This document shows, one piece after another, positions 9,783 through 18,984 of a DNA stretch of 64,000 bases (positions within the stretch are counted from its first letter, which is position 1; each line of letters starts with the position of its first letter). The notes beneath the pieces were generated by a model. The model was not told the origin of the DNA. It saw only the letters and a list, made by a program, of their open reading frames with translations, and ran no database searches. Source of the DNA: an uncultured Fibrobacterota bacterium. GTDB taxonomy: Bacteria > Fibrobacterota > Chitinivibrionia > Chitinivibrionales > FEN-1185. The stretch is from assembly GCA_963729895.1 (NCBI GenBank), contig CAVSQB010000005.1, positions 256,001 through 320,000 of the forward strand. Reading direction: 5' to 3'. The translations under genes and the position numbers were made by a program.

Positions 9783-11791
9783 CATTTCATTTCCATCGGT
9801 TGCCACAACTGGCCGTAATTGAACAGATCGCGCGCAACCATCATATAAATAACCACCCGTTTTTTGTCAAGAACGTTCTTCCGCGCCCGGTAAAACTTGT
9901 CGCGCACGAGCGGACCGCCGCCCCAGCTCGTTACGATGTCGAGCGGGATGCCGGTGAGGGCCGAAACGTGGGCGCCTACACCGGCCGCTTTGCAATCGAC
10001 AAGCTCGAACACGCCGGTAAAGCTGTCGCCGATCAGCATGATGGGCGAATCCGGGTTGGCGCCCTTATAGAGGGTGCCGTCGGGACTATGCACCTGTTTC
10101 GCCGCGATTTCAACGGCCGGGAAGGAGGTCTTGTCCGCTTCTGCAAGCTTGTCAACAAGATCGCCCTGGCGCATGAAGCTGGTGTCCTTTTCCGAATATT
10201 TGACGGACGACTTTGCAAGGTCCGGATACCATGCATAGTGTTTGATGCGGTCCGCAATGAGCTGCGCCGCCACTTCGAGCCCGCGGTCGGTCCAATGCGT
10301 GTCCTGACGTTGATACACAGCTTCCTTGTTCTTCGCGTCTTGCTTTTTTGCGGCGAGGAACGCCGGAAGAAGATCGATCACTTCGATGCCCGCGTCCTGA
10401 AGATTCTTCAGTATCTTTCTGCCATAGGGGTTGATTATCCCGTATACGTCCTTGGGCTGATTGTCGACGGGCAGTTTGTCGAAGTACACATCGGACTTAT
10501 TCGGAACCGGAACAAAGATGAGCGAAATGTTTTTGCTCTTGAGGAACTTGCAGAATTCAACGAGATGAGGGATGGGGTTCTTGTCCGGGGCCTGGAGCGC
10601 CATGTCGCCGCAATTCATATAGGAGATTTCGCCGCGGAAGAACAGCCATCCTTCTTTTCCCTTGAAACCCATTTGCTTTTCCGGCAGCGTTTTGACAAAA
10701 GAGGCCGCCGCAAGGCGAAAGGGTTCGTCCTTCTTGGCCCAGACCGCGTAGTCGCCGAATGTCTTGATCTCCGTTTGGAACCGCGCGTTGTTCTCTTTGA
10801 AATTGTCGGACACCGATGCGTCGAACACAAAGGGGCCCGATGCGGCATGCTCGACGGCCGCCTGGGACGCGGGTTTCGGCTTTTCTTCCTTGAAATCAAC
10901 AAGAAACACGTTGTACAGAATGGTTCCGTACGGATTGCCGCGGATGACAACGAGCGGGTCCTTCACAACGAATCCCTTGAGTTCCTTGATTGCACCCATG
11001 TCCGCATCCGGCGTGGGCCACTTGGTTTGTCCGGTCATGTCAACTACGTCCGTATTGAGTTTCGGATACCAGTAGGAGGCGAGGAGGTTGGCCCAGTCGA
11101 TAACCTGATCTTTTGTCAAAAGCGTCGTTGTATAGTCGTTTCGTATCCAATCGAAGGCCTTTTGCCTGAGCGATTTGTCGAGGGCGTCTGTGTTGAGCCG
11201 GCCGTAGATTTCGCGGAACCCGTCTTTTGCCTCGTCGGGAATCGACGGGTCGAGAAACTTCACCCATGGCTTGAACTCGATCCGCACCCATAGCTGGGTA
11301 CTGTCTCCCACGCCGTGAAGATACGCCGCGGCGATTTCCTGGTATGCCATGAATACCGACGGGTCTGCCCATTTTTCACCGTTTATCTGTGCGCCGATCT
11401 TGGAGAATCCGTCGGACTTGGTGATTTCCCACAGTTTGTTCTGGAGCGGGTCCCACGCAAGAGGCATGTCTTTTTCGGCGGAGGTCAGCGGTGTTTGCGA
11501 AAGGGAAACGCAGGGCGAAACGAGCGCTCCGCCGAACGTGAGGTCGGCAAGGCCGATTTTCTTTGCCGGCTTCTTGGGCGATACGGCCTGGTGGTCGAAC
11601 CGGATCGGGTTTGCGAAGTATGCGGCGTAGTCGAGGTTGGCCAGCGTGGGTACGGCGATGGAGCGGATCATGACGCGCGAAGTCACTCGATTGTAGTTCT
11701 TGAGAACGTTTTCAAACGGCGCAGCGGAGACCGAACCGTATGCTGCCGCGGTCGCGGCGACAAGGGCGATTGTCCTAACGTGTCTGAACAT
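9782..11791 (-). CDS. AlgJ/AlgX-like SGNH O-acetyltransferase-family protein with long N-terminal extension
   Basis: GKEGWLF, VPVPNKSDVY, DTHW and GDSF motifs; signal peptide; adjacent to MBOAT. Confidence 0.85.
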   Translation of the reverse strand: MFRHVRTIALVAATAAAYGSVSAAPFENVLKNYNRVTSRVMIRSIAVPTLANLDYAAYFANPIRFDHQAVSPKKPAKKIGLADLTFGGALVSPCVSLSQTPLTSAEKDMPLAWDPLQNKLWEITKSDGFSKIGAQINGEKWADPSVFMAYQEIAAAYLHGVGDSTQLWVRIEFKPWVKFLDPSIPDEAKDGFREIYGRLNTDALDKSLRQKAFDWIRNDYTTTLLTKDQVIDWANLLASYWYPKLNTDVVDMTGQTKWPTPDADMGAIKELKGFVVKDPLVVIRGNPYGTILYNVFLVDFKEEKPKPASQAAVEHAASGPFVFDASVSDNFKENNARFQTEIKTFGDYAVWAKKDEPFRLAAASFVKTLPEKQMGFKGKEGWLFFRGEISYMNCGDMALQAPDKNPIPHLVEFCKFLKSKNISLIFVPVPNKSDVYFDKLPVDNQPKDVYGIINPYGRKILKNLQDAGIEVIDLLPAFLAAKKQDAKNKEAVYQRQDTHWTDRGLEVAAQLIADRIKHYAWYPDLAKSSVKYSEKDTSFMRQGDLVDKLAEADKTSFPAVEIAAKQVHSPDGTLYKGANPDSPIMLIGDSFTGVFELVDCKAAGVGAHVSALTGIPLDIVTSWGGGPLVRDKFYRARKNVLDKKRVVIYMMVARDLFNYGQLWQPMEMK

Positions 11792-11803
11792 GGGGGCCCT
11801 TTC

Positions 11804-13444
11804 TTATTGTTTTGATGCCAGGGTGAGGGGAACGTCTTGCCATCCTTCGTTTCCATACCTGAAGTCGCGTTCGACAATTTCCCACACCACGAGTTTTTTT
11901 CCTTTAAGAAGGCCGGGTTTCCGCGCCAGCGATTCGCGAACCAGCGTGGATGCGCCGCCGTCGCTCACGATTGAGGCGATAGGTTGTTTGAGCTCATTCG
12001 CAATGTGGGAGATCCATCCCGCAGAGCGCGGTTCGTCAGACTGGTAAATGCGGGAAAAACTGTCGCCGAGGAGCACGATCAGAGAGTTTTTCGGGTCGTC
12101 TTTGTACAAATGCCTTCCGGCTTCATTGCCTTTTTCATCGCGTTCCACCTGATACACCTGGTAGCATTTCGTTTTTTCGGTAGGGAAATTCATGCCCAGT
12201 TCGTGGATCTTAAGGTTGGTCAGTGTGGTCATGACCCCCACGTCGCCGATGCGGTCGATGGACGTGGAATCAATCGCATACTCCGTTGTCCCGGCCCGGT
12301 ACCACGGATACTGTTTGATGCGCTCGGCAACCACGTGGGCGGCCGTGCGCACTCCCCGAGCGCGCCAGTGCGTATCCTTTGAAAGGTACATCGAATCGCC
12401 CGCAATGGAATCGATTTTACGTTCCGCGAGGAACGGGGTGAACAGGTCCACCGCGTCCACGCCGGCGGCGCGCAGATCGTTGATCGCCTTGAAGGAGTTT
12501 CCGGCCCGCGTGACAAGGTCGGGATTTGCGCTACCCGCCAGCATGTCGGGATAGATGCTGGGCTTCCCCGGGATAATCACCACGAGGAGGTCGACCCCGA
12601 ATGCGGCGAGCTGTTTCTTGAAGGTCACGGCGGCCTGAATGGGGTTGTCCGACACCACCTGGTCATTCGGATCGACCTTGAGGGCGCGTTTGTCGAGCAC
12701 ATACGGCCTGATAAGGTAATCGACATCCTGTTTGTAAAAGAACCATCCGTTTTTCCCGAGCACTCCTTTTTCCCCGAGGTCCCGGTACAGGGCATAACGC
12801 AGGAAAAACATCACGGGCCGTGTTGACGTGGTGAAAATCGAAGTGTTCTCGATTTCCTTTTCAAAAGGCCGTAGGTACTTGGCGTTCCAGAATATCACAG
12901 GCAGGTTCTTCACGATCAGGGCGACATCGTCGATGGGGCCCGGTTTATGATACTGGATTGCCATGCGGCCCGTGGATTCCCTGATCGCGGCAATGGTTCT
13001 ACCTGAGGCCGCCTTGTCGCCGGAGCGAAGGTTGGCCATCAGAGTGTCAAAACCCGCCTGATAGAGCGAAATCGCAACAACCGCCCCCGATTTCGGGTCG
13101 GCCTTCACATGCCGGTTATAGGTGAGCGCCGTCTTCTGCAATTCGGCTGCGTCGACCATCGCCTCGTCGGCCTGACTTTGTTCCTGTTGGGAGTCCCAGG
13201 CAGCCGCAGTGTCGGCGCCGGCCTTCGGGATTTCCGCGGCGATCGAATCGACCCTCGCCTGGATGCGAGCGACAAGCGAGTTCATTGTTCCGGCGCGTTG
13301 CACCGGAGTGGCAAAGGTGTCTTCGAACAGGTCGAAGAACTGGATGCGCTTGCCGCTTCTTACTTCGTAAACCGCCTGTGTGATGGGCAGCGCAAAAATA
13401 AGAAACACGAAGACGATGGTGCCGACGAGTTCTGCCTTTTTCAT
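11804..13444 (-). CDS. AlgJ/AlgX-like SGNH O-acetyltransferase-family protein
   Basis: GKNGWFF, IPGKPSIYP, DTHW, GDSF, VWEIVER; N-terminal TM. Confidence 0.87.
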   Translation of the reverse strand: MKKAELVGTIVFVFLIFALPITQAVYEVRSGKRIQFFDLFEDTFATPVQRAGTMNSLVARIQARVDSIAAEIPKAGADTAAAWDSQQEQSQADEAMVDAAELQKTALTYNRHVKADPKSGAVVAISLYQAGFDTLMANLRSGDKAASGRTIAAIRESTGRMAIQYHKPGPIDDVALIVKNLPVIFWNAKYLRPFEKEIENTSIFTTSTRPVMFFLRYALYRDLGEKGVLGKNGWFFYKQDVDYLIRPYVLDKRALKVDPNDQVVSDNPIQAAVTFKKQLAAFGVDLLVVIIPGKPSIYPDMLAGSANPDLVTRAGNSFKAINDLRAAGVDAVDLFTPFLAERKIDSIAGDSMYLSKDTHWRARGVRTAAHVVAERIKQYPWYRAGTTEYAIDSTSIDRIGDVGVMTTLTNLKIHELGMNFPTEKTKCYQVYQVERDEKGNEAGRHLYKDDPKNSLIVLLGDSFSRIYQSDEPRSAGWISHIANELKQPIASIVSDGGASTLVRESLARKPGLLKGKKLVVWEIVERDFRYGNEGWQDVPLTLASKQ

Positions 13445-13462
13445 ACCGATGTTTCCCCTGGC

Positions 13463-14893
13463 CTAGAACTGAAAGTAAAGGAACGGGCTGAATGTCTGCG
13501 TGAACATGCCGAGAATCGCATAAAGAAAAATGAGCCCGCACAGGACGATCTTTCCGAACGACAGACCTTTTTGCACCCATTCGTAAGCCTGAACCGGCTG
13601 CCAGACAAAGATCGCGCAGATCGTCATTTCACAGATATGGCGTGTGGAAAATATCTGGGTGGTGAGCAGGGGCGCGGATGCCGATGCATGGACAACGCCG
13701 ACCATTGCCCCCCAATATCCCATTGCCTGCGACAGCGTTGGCGCGCGGAACAGGACCCATCCGAACAGCACAACTACAAACGTCAGGGCGACCTGCAGCC
13801 ATCCCGGGGCCCAATCGTAAACCGTCTTTTTTCCCCGGATGCGTTCGAAGATCAGGAACGCGCCCTGATACAAGCCCCAGACAACAAAGGCCATGCTTGC
13901 ACCGTGCCAGAGGCCGCAGAGGAAAAACGCGAGCCCGAGATTTATGTAGGTGCGTACCTTTCCCTTCCGGTTGCCCCCGAGCAGCGCAATATACAGATAA
14001 TCCATGATGAAGGACGACAGCGATATATGCCATCTTTTCCAGAATATGGAAATGCTTTTCGATAGATACGGCGCATTGAAGTTCTTGATGAACTCGATTC
14101 CCAGCATGCGCGCCAAGCCCACGGCCATGTCCGAATAGCCGCAGAAATCGAAGTAGATCTGGAAGCTGTAGGCCAGCACCCCCCACCAGGCGTTGAGCAC
14201 GCCCGGCGCGTCGGCGCCGAACGCCGCGTCGGCGATGCCCGCGGCCGGGTCTGCAAGAAGGATTTTCTTTGCAAAGCCGAGGATGAAGATGGCAGTGCCG
14301 CTCGAGAATTTTTCAATGGTATGCTCGCGTTCCATCAGCTGGTCGGCCACGGTCTGATACCGGATTATGGGGCCGGCAATAAGATGGGGGTACAGCCCGA
14401 GAAAACAGGAGAACGCGCCGAACGAAGGCGCCTGCTTGGCATCGCCTCTGTAAACATCAATGACGTAACTCAGCGCCACGAACGTGTAGAACGAAATACC
14501 CGAGGGCAGCAGCACCTGGAGGATGTGAAAGGTATGGGTCGGACCGCCGCACAGGTGAAGCAGGCCGTTGACACCCCCCATGAAAAACATGTAGTACTTG
14601 AAGAACCCGAGCAGCGCAAGGTCGGTCACAATTGCGAATACAAGGGCGAATTTGCGCTGTTGCTTCGTCGCGCCGGGCTTTACAATGAGCTGGCCGCACC
14701 AGTAATCCTTAATTGACGTTATGAACAGAAGGAGGGTAAACCAGGGCACGAGCCATCCGTAAAAAACATAGCTCATCACCGTTATCCAGACGTTTTTTAT
14801 GTACATTCCCTTCCATTTGAAGGGAAGGAGGAAATACACCGTCAGAAAAAACGGCAGGAAATAAAACAGGAATATCTGTGATGAAAAGACCAT
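13463..14893 (-). CDS. algI: MBOAT family O-acyltransferase, AlgI-type
   Basis: MVFSS..FLF start, GISFYTF, LIAGPIIRY, QIYFDFCGYSDMAVG, FWKRWHISLS, GLWHGA. Confidence 0.92.
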   Translation of the reverse strand: MVFSSQIFLFYFLPFFLTVYFLLPFKWKGMYIKNVWITVMSYVFYGWLVPWFTLLLFITSIKDYWCGQLIVKPGATKQQRKFALVFAIVTDLALLGFFKYYMFFMGGVNGLLHLCGGPTHTFHILQVLLPSGISFYTFVALSYVIDVYRGDAKQAPSFGAFSCFLGLYPHLIAGPIIRYQTVADQLMEREHTIEKFSSGTAIFILGFAKKILLADPAAGIADAAFGADAPGVLNAWWGVLAYSFQIYFDFCGYSDMAVGLARMLGIEFIKNFNAPYLSKSISIFWKRWHISLSSFIMDYLYIALLGGNRKGKVRTYINLGLAFFLCGLWHGASMAFVVWGLYQGAFLIFERIRGKKTVYDWAPGWLQVALTFVVVLFGWVLFRAPTLSQAMGYWGAMVGVVHASASAPLLTTQIFSTRHICEMTICAIFVWQPVQAYEWVQKGLSFGKIVLCGLIFLYAILGMFTQTFSPFLYFQF

Positions 14894-14930
14894 TACGTTT
14901 CTCCCTGAGCCGCAAGGATGTTGTGGTGAG

Positions 14931-15449
14931 TTACTTCGCGATATCCGCTCTTACGGTGAAAAACTTTTCGAGGTCAGAGTCGGAATACTCGTCGTCCACT
15001 GCGTCTTTCCACACTTTGTCAATCGGCGTAATGAGCCACAATTTCTGCTTGTTTCCCACTTCAAACTTGTCGACGGTGCCTGCAACGTTTTTCTTCATTG
15101 CGTCCTTGATCTGGGAACGTGGAATAAGCGGGTTGTAGTGCCCGATAAGAATGTCCTGGCCTTTGTACGTTCCCTTCACCACGCTCAGCACGCGGTATTT
15201 CATCATGTACACGTAATTGTAAAGGTCGTTTGAGGCGAATTTGCCGGGAATTTCCGTGATTCGGGCGACGACAACAAGCGTGTCGCCGGAGGTTTTTGCC
15301 GGGGCGCCGGTCTTATCGGATGCAGGTTTCGTCTTGGCAACGACTTTCTTTGGGGCAGGCGCGGCTGCGGAATCGGCCTGGGCAAAGGATGATGAGAAAA
15401 GGAATGCTCCGCACAACAAGACGGTGGCCGCGGACATCAAACATTTCAT
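14931..15449 (-). CDS. Secreted hypothetical protein
   Basis: RBS aaggagg before ATG 15449; signal peptide MKCLMSAATVLLCGAFLFSSSFA. Confidence 0.75.
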   Translation of the reverse strand: MKCLMSAATVLLCGAFLFSSSFAQADSAAAPAPKKVVAKTKPASDKTGAPAKTSGDTLVVVARITEIPGKFASNDLYNYVYMMKYRVLSVVKGTYKGQDILIGHYNPLIPRSQIKDAMKKNVAGTVDKFEVGNKQKLWLITPIDKVWKDAVDDEYSDSDLEKFFTVRADIAK

Positions 15450-15549
15450 AAGAACCTCCTTGGTGAATGATAGCTTTGTCGTGTTCGTTCGAACTGACGG
15501 TTTCCCCTTGATCGTATTCCTCCATGATACAAAAGCCTGATTTCTCATG

Positions 15550-16449
15550 TCAACTCCTCGGAAACATTTTCGGCAGGCATTCGGAAACCTTTCTTGGATC
15601 ATAACCAAGGTCCACAATTGCTTCGGACGGATCAAGGTTCGCATCCTGCGTTATTCCCGCTATGACCTGCCATGTGAGCGGCGGGTCGTTCATAAACATT
15701 TTCATTGCAAGCGCAAGCATCCGGCAGAGCCACACGGGCACATGAAGAATGGGCTTGCGTTCCATCCCTAGAAGCCTGAGACACAGTTTGGCGAGATCAA
15801 TCACGCGTATCGGTTCACCGCCGCTCAGGTTGTAGGTTTTTCCAAACGCCTTCTCGTTGCCGCAGATAGCAAGCAACCCGTTGTTGACATCGTCGACAAA
15901 CACAGGCCGCTTGACCGGCGCGCCGTTTCCGATAAAAGGAACCGCCGGATATTTCTTCAGGTACTTCAGGAAGAGGTCGAATTCCTGGCCGCCGCTCCTG
16001 CCGTACACCAGTGTGGGGCGGACGATGGTGTAGGAAAGCCCCGATTGCCTCACGATATTTTCTGCCTCGCGCTTTGACAGGGAATATGGCGTGGGGCGCG
16101 GGTACGCCACCGATGCCGACGAAACGTATACAAGGTGCCGGATGTTTGCCCGTTTAGCCTCGTCAATGATGTTGCGTGTGCCTTGAACGTTGATTTTACG
16201 GAAGGCCGACTCGTTTTTCGAAAGAATGATCGCGGCCAGGTGCAGCACGGTTGAAACGCCGTCGCACACGCCGACGCAATCCTGCTTCACGGAGACGTCG
16301 GCACAGCGGATGTCCGCTGCGTAATCCTTGACCCTGGACACATACGGATCGTGAGGCATGAACACAACGCGTACGCGCTCGTTGCGTTTCGCGAGCATTT
16401 GCACAAGCACGCTGCCCATGGCTCCTGTTCCGCCGGTCACGAGAATCAT
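15550..16449 (-). CDS. NAD-dependent epimerase/dehydratase (extended or atypical SDR)
   Basis: ILVTGGTGAMG, HLAA, NVQGT, YSLSK (YxxxK), RPTLVYG. Confidence 0.9.
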   Translation of the reverse strand: MILVTGGTGAMGSVLVQMLAKRNERVRVVFMPHDPYVSRVKDYAADIRCADVSVKQDCVGVCDGVSTVLHLAAIILSKNESAFRKINVQGTRNIIDEAKRANIRHLVYVSSASVAYPRPTPYSLSKREAENIVRQSGLSYTIVRPTLVYGRSGGQEFDLFLKYLKKYPAVPFIGNGAPVKRPVFVDDVNNGLLAICGNEKAFGKTYNLSGGEPIRVIDLAKLCLRLLGMERKPILHVPVWLCRMLALAMKMFMNDPPLTWQVIAGITQDANLDPSEAIVDLGYDPRKVSECLPKMFPRS

Positions 16450-17192
16450 CGCGTAGTGTACCCTTTCGCCAGATAGCGCGCCATAACTCCCACAACCCGG
16501 AGGCCGTAGGTGATCGGGTTGAGGTACGAAGTCTCGTCGGCATACCGTGTCGGAACGGGCAATTCCGCAATGGAGAGGCCGCGGCTTCGCGCAAGCGCGA
16601 TCACCTCGAGGTCGAAATCGAAACTCGAACTGAGGCGGTCAAACGGCAGGGTGTCGAGCGCTTTCCTGCTGTAGAAAAGCATACCGCTGTGATAATCGGT
16701 GAGCCGCAGCCCGAATACGATATTTTCAAAGAACGTCAGGGTTCTGTTTGCAAGGTATTTGTACATCGGCATGCCGCCGGAAAGCGCGGTGCCCGGGGCA
16801 ATGCGCGATCCCTGGAGGATGTCGATGCCCCGGCCCGCCATCGCGTTCACACCTTCCTCAATAGCCTCCGGAGGGTATTGGCCGTCTGCGTGCAGGCACA
16901 CGGCGATGTCGCACTTGTCCTCTTTGCACCGCGCCAGGCCTTCGCGTACCGCCGTGCCGTAACCACGGTTCCAGCTGAAATGCACTGCGCGAATCCTTTC
17001 GTTTCTTTCGCACAACCCGGCCACGACCGTGCGGGTATCGTCGCGTGAGCCGTCGTTGATGATCCACACATGCTCGACATGCAGCCAGAGGCTGTGCGGG
17101 ATGCGGGCAATAACCGTTTCAACGTGCCGGGCCGCATTGAACGCGGGCATGAAAATGGATATCGAGGGGCCAATCAGACTGCCTCCCTGCAT
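16446..17192 (-). CDS. GT2 glycosyltransferase (Dpm1/polyprenol-phosphate GT-like)
   Basis: FMPAFNA, NDGSRDDT, NRGYG, HADGQYP, GSR, FDFDLE; start uncertain (ATG 17192 chosen). Confidence 0.88.
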   Translation of the reverse strand: MQGGSLIGPSISIFMPAFNAARHVETVIARIPHSLWLHVEHVWIINDGSRDDTRTVVAGLCERNERIRAVHFSWNRGYGTAVREGLARCKEDKCDIAVCLHADGQYPPEAIEEGVNAMAGRGIDILQGSRIAPGTALSGGMPMYKYLANRTLTFFENIVFGLRLTDYHSGMLFYSRKALDTLPFDRLSSSFDFDLEVIALARSRGLSIAELPVPTRYADETSYLNPITYGLRVVGVMARYLAKGYTTR

Positions 17193-18262
17193 GCATGCGC
17201 AGCGCTGTATTCCTTTATGAAAAACGTCATGGCCGATGTAAGTGCGTCTGCAAGCGATGCGGTCGGGTTCCAGCCAAGCTGTGTTCGCGCCGCAGAGATA
17301 TCGGGCACCCGGCGATCGGAATCTTCGTACCCCGCGCCGTAAAATTCCATGGAAGTGACCGTCTGAGTGCAATAGGGGAAGTCGGCGCATTCGGGCCGCA
17401 GGTCTCGGTATAAGGCGATCATGGTTTTCGCCAGATCCGCGATAGTGGTCTCATTGGAGGGGTTGCCGATATTGAAAATGCGCCCTGTTGATTTTTGCGG
17501 ATGCTCGAGAATCGCCATGACCGCGTCCACGGCATCCGCAATGTCCGTGAACGTGCGCCTGTTTCTCCCCCCGTCAACCAGTTTGAGTGGTTTCTGCGAA
17601 AGGAGCGCCTCCATGAAACACGCAAGGACGCGCGGCACTCCGTCGCCGTCGATGCCGGGCAGAAAATCCATGCGCGGGCCGATAAAATTGAACGGCCGCA
17701 CAATGGTGTAGTCGAGGCCGTGTTCGACCCCGTGAGCATAAATGGCGCGTTCAAGCAATTGCTTTGCGCACGCGTAGGTCCACCGCTGAGCGCGGACCGG
17801 CCCCAGAACAAGGGGAGTGGTTTCCTCACGGAAGATATCGGTGCCGGAGTTGAACGGCATGCCCGCCTTGTACGAGACCGTTGCACCGTACACTTCGCAC
17901 GTTGAGAAGTGTACCAGCCGTTTTCCAAGTTTGGCGCACCGTTCCACAATGGCAAGCGGCCGGGTAAAATTGCTTTTGATCACTTCCAAGGGGATCGTGT
18001 TGTACAGCGACGGGTTGCAGAGCGCAACAAGCGAAACAACCGTGTCGCTTGTGCGAATGTATCCTTCCACGGCATCGGCGGAGTCGATGTCGATGTTTGC
18101 GTAGGTAAGCCGAGGGTTGGAAAGGTGCGGGGAGATTTTGGACGGGTTTCTGTCCACGCCGTAGATGCGCCAATTTGTGTCGTTCAGAATCCGCTCTACA
18201 AGGTGCGAGCCTATGAATCCGCCGCAGCCGAGAATGCACAGTGTCTTTGGTGCCGTGCTCAT
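17174..18262 (-). CDS. UDP-apiose/UDP-xylose synthase-like (UAS/AXS) SDR decarboxylase
   Basis: GCGGFIGSHL, ALCNPSLYNTIP, HFSTCEVYG, QRWTYACAKQL, RPFNFIGPRMDFLPGIDG.GVPRVLACF, FYGAGYEDSDRRVPD; closely follows plant AXS/UAS motifs as recalled. Confidence 0.85.
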   Translation of the reverse strand: MSTAPKTLCILGCGGFIGSHLVERILNDTNWRIYGVDRNPSKISPHLSNPRLTYANIDIDSADAVEGYIRTSDTVVSLVALCNPSLYNTIPLEVIKSNFTRPLAIVERCAKLGKRLVHFSTCEVYGATVSYKAGMPFNSGTDIFREETTPLVLGPVRAQRWTYACAKQLLERAIYAHGVEHGLDYTIVRPFNFIGPRMDFLPGIDGDGVPRVLACFMEALLSQKPLKLVDGGRNRRTFTDIADAVDAVMAILEHPQKSTGRIFNIGNPSNETTIADLAKTMIALYRDLRPECADFPYCTQTVTSMEFYGAGYEDSDRRVPDISAARTQLGWNPTASLADALTSAMTFFIKEYSAAHACREAV

Positions 18263-18289
18263 GGTTCAAAAGCGCTTTTGCTGTATCCT

Positions 18290-18964
18290 TTACTGCTGCA
18301 CGCTGAAAATGCCGGTGACGTCAGAATAGTTGTTTGTATTGTAATCCATGATTTTCAGGATGCACGTGGAACTCGGATAGGTAAAGGTCCCTCCCGGTTC
18401 CGAACCGATGACCCATGTGTAGGACGTCAGCGAAGCATCCAACGATTCGGTGAGGATGTCGCCGAATGACTTGCCGCCGTCCGTTGAAAGCAGGATTCGA
18501 AGGGAGGACAGCTTGGCCGGAGTGTCTTTCCAGGTTATGGTCACCGTGGAACCAACGGCCAGGGTTTGGCCGGTTATCGGATTTGTTATGACAATATACT
18601 GAATTGAAAACGGGGCGCTGGTCCCTGCGGAATAGGTATTGCTGTTGTCTTCGACCATAATCTGAAAGCTGTCGGTGTAATTGCTTATCGGCAGAACGGC
18701 TTTTGCGGAATAATTATTGACCGTTGTAACAGACGCGAATTGCTGCCATCCGGTTCCAATGTTGTAATTATACGAAATCTTCGGGCTGGCAACCGATTGT
18801 GTCCAGGATACCAGAAGCGTGTCTCCTGCCGCGACTTTTTGTCCTGCAACGGGTTTCGTAATGGCAATGGCCGTCTTTACGGACGTCGGACTGTTGCAGG
18901 ATGCTGCCAGAAATGTCATCGCACAGAGTGCCGGTACGCACGCAATCAACAGTGATTTTTTCAT
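18290..18964 (-). CDS. Lipoprotein with two Ser/Thr-rich beta-sandwich domains
   Basis: Lipobox LAASC; repeated ITxPxxG...VxW modules. Confidence 0.75.
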   Translation of the reverse strand: MKKSLLIACVPALCAMTFLAASCNSPTSVKTAIAITKPVAGQKVAAGDTLLVSWTQSVASPKISYNYNIGTGWQQFASVTTVNNYSAKAVLPISNYTDSFQIMVEDNSNTYSAGTSAPFSIQYIVITNPITGQTLAVGSTVTITWKDTPAKLSSLRILLSTDGGKSFGDILTESLDASLTSYTWVIGSEPGGTFTYPSSTCILKIMDYNTNNYSDVTGIFSVQQ

Positions 18965-18984
18965 GGTAAAGCCTTCCGTTTATA

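Noticed and set aside
17174..18262. ArnA / lipid A L-Ara4N pathway
   Set aside because: No formyltransferase domain, no arnB/D/T nearby, and STCE plus the MDF.PGIDG insert fit UAS rather than ArnA
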